From Phoronis australis (Eukaryota > Animalia > Phoronida): DNA of 64,000 bases. Made by a program: the position numbers and the translations under genes. The notes beneath the pieces are model-generated. The model was given only the letters and a program-made list of their open reading frames with translations, was not told the DNA's origin and did not search any database. Below, one piece after another: positions 63,501-64,000 of this stretch; the stretch's first letter is position 1, and each line of letters starts with the position of its first letter. The stretch lies in contig NMRA01000095.1 in NCBI GenBank assembly GCA_002633005.1, forward strand, positions 724,412 to 788,411, given 5' to 3'.

Positions 63501-63566
63501 CTGTGGTTATGTCCATTGCAATTTAACAGTGACAGAAAAATGGAGACTTTGCCTTACGATGTGTGA
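48389..63566 (+). CDS. DHHC palmitoyltransferase, ZDHHC3/7-related (Drosophila Dnz1-like), 267 aa, 8 exons
   Basis: Exons 48389-48507, 53155-53314, 56006-56118, 57840-57901, 60614-60704, 61962-62034, 62710-62818, 63490-63566 total 804 nt in frame; DPCG, DPG and C..C...[30 protein letters not shown] motifs; 4 hydrophobic segments. Confidence 0.95.
48582..51206. repeat. Apparently identical 1176-bp duplication (48582-49757 / 50031-51206), probable contig-join artefact
   Basis: Offset 1449; the first copy ends exactly at the single N at 49758. Confidence 0.9.
48622..48736. mobile_element. Palindromic mini-MITE (~115 bp)
   Basis: ~37-bp TIR actggtcggatatagcggtccctgatt.tgagaacca plus an inner hairpin; related copies at ~15500-15613, 17305-17368, 30860-30945, 32703-32800 and 50071-50185. 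Confidence 0.75.
53155..53314 (+). CDS. ZDHHC exon 2 (TM2, SDPG)
   Basis: ttacag/[20 protein letters not shown]. Confidence 0.93.
56006..56118 (+). CDS. ZDHHC exon 3 (cysteine-rich DHHC domain)
   Basis: [30 protein letters not shown]. Confidence 0.97.
56152..56525. repeat. (CAT/CAC)n microsatellite just downstream of the DHHC exon
   Basis: Direct observation; flank ttgctatattagtagtaccatcatt occurs at ~56136 and again at ~56429. Confidence 0.95.
57840..57901 (+). CDS. ZDHHC exon 4 ([21 protein letters not shown])
   Basis: Continues the DHHC motif in phase. Confidence 0.95.
58937..59809 (-). mobile_element. PIF/Harbinger deletion derivative with transposase 5' remnant
   Basis: ~27-bp TIR tgcctggttgcatgaaacagtccctaa, flanks ttg/ctg (imperfect TSD); ORF 59425-59634 ([24 protein letters not shown]) resembles the HARBI1-type N-terminus. 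Confidence 0.78.
60614..60704 (+). CDS. ZDHHC exon 5 ([30 protein letters not shown])
   Basis: ttctag acceptor, GTAGGA donor, phase 1 to 2. Confidence 0.85.
61423..61823. mobile_element. Harbinger-type MITE
   Basis: TIR ggcccggtctc(t/c)aatcttt, perfect CAG TSD, internal ACTCGA repeats. Confidence 0.8.
61962..62034 (+). CDS. ZDHHC exon 6 (TM4: [24 protein letters not shown])
   Basis: tttcag/GTAAGT in phase. Confidence 0.92.
62710..62818 (+). CDS. ZDHHC exon 7 ([16 protein letters not shown]...LLAEIFGR)
   Basis: TTxE-like motif and start of the conserved C-terminal motif. Confidence 0.92.
63490..63566 (+). CDS. ZDHHC last exon ([25 protein letters not shown])
   Basis: ttccag acceptor, GHPALWL.P motif, TGA. 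Confidence 0.9.
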
Positions 63567-64000
63567 GGGGAACACCGTGGTTCGAATAGTTCAACTAGCA
63601 GAGTATAGCCTTGTAACTTCTGACATCTCAGCGCTAGTTACTCAGGATTCATGGAGAAACCATGTTTTTCTCCATATTGACCCACCACCCATGTGGCTAT
63701 TATCACAGCTTCCACGGGTTGTTGCAGGTTGCAATGTAGATATTATGTGCAGAGCACACCGAAAGTAGTTAGAGAAAATATTGTTTGCCCACAATGACAA
63801 TTGTTAGCATTGAAAGCGGTATTAGCCGTCATTTCGGGGAAACATCATTTTGTCCTTTTTGGCATGTACTGTATGTATTTAGAGAGTTGTCCAATAACAG
63901 GCTGACAATCATTTTGAAATGGAATTGTTATGAGGCAAAAAAGCATAGCAAGTTCTGCTCTGTATTTTAGTTGCCTGCTTTTCAACAATAATCCGCCCGA

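Overview
AT-rich eukaryotic (metazoan) draft-assembly sequence with N gaps. The repeat and intron style suggests a heterozygous marine invertebrate, possibly a deuterostome (inference). Almost all ORFs in the supplied track are spurious; the real genes are spliced and were rebuilt by hand from GT-AG sites with consistent phase. (1) An OSBPL10/11-like oxysterol-binding protein gene on the minus strand: 9 coding exons from 32929 to 1830, covering the PH domain and coiled region, with the sterol-binding ORD expected beyond the left edge. Its first two exons add an unusual N-terminal helix resembling the Rab-binding helix of RIM/Piccolo/Slp proteins. (2) A complete 382-aa ankyrin-repeat + C-terminal death-domain gene on the minus strand (45505-38112). 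(3) A complete 267-aa DHHC palmitoyltransferase (ZDHHC3/7-related, Dnz1-like) on the plus strand (48389-63566), head-to-head with gene 2. The introns hold many non-autonomous transposons and satellites. The most striking is a Helentron/HINE-like element, present twice, whose interior is an array of co-oriented CTCF-consensus motifs spaced about 140-160 bp apart. Also notable: one intron with tandemly amplified donor sites at one end and acceptor-like sites at the other, a perfect 92-bp hairpin, and two probable haplotype/assembly duplications.
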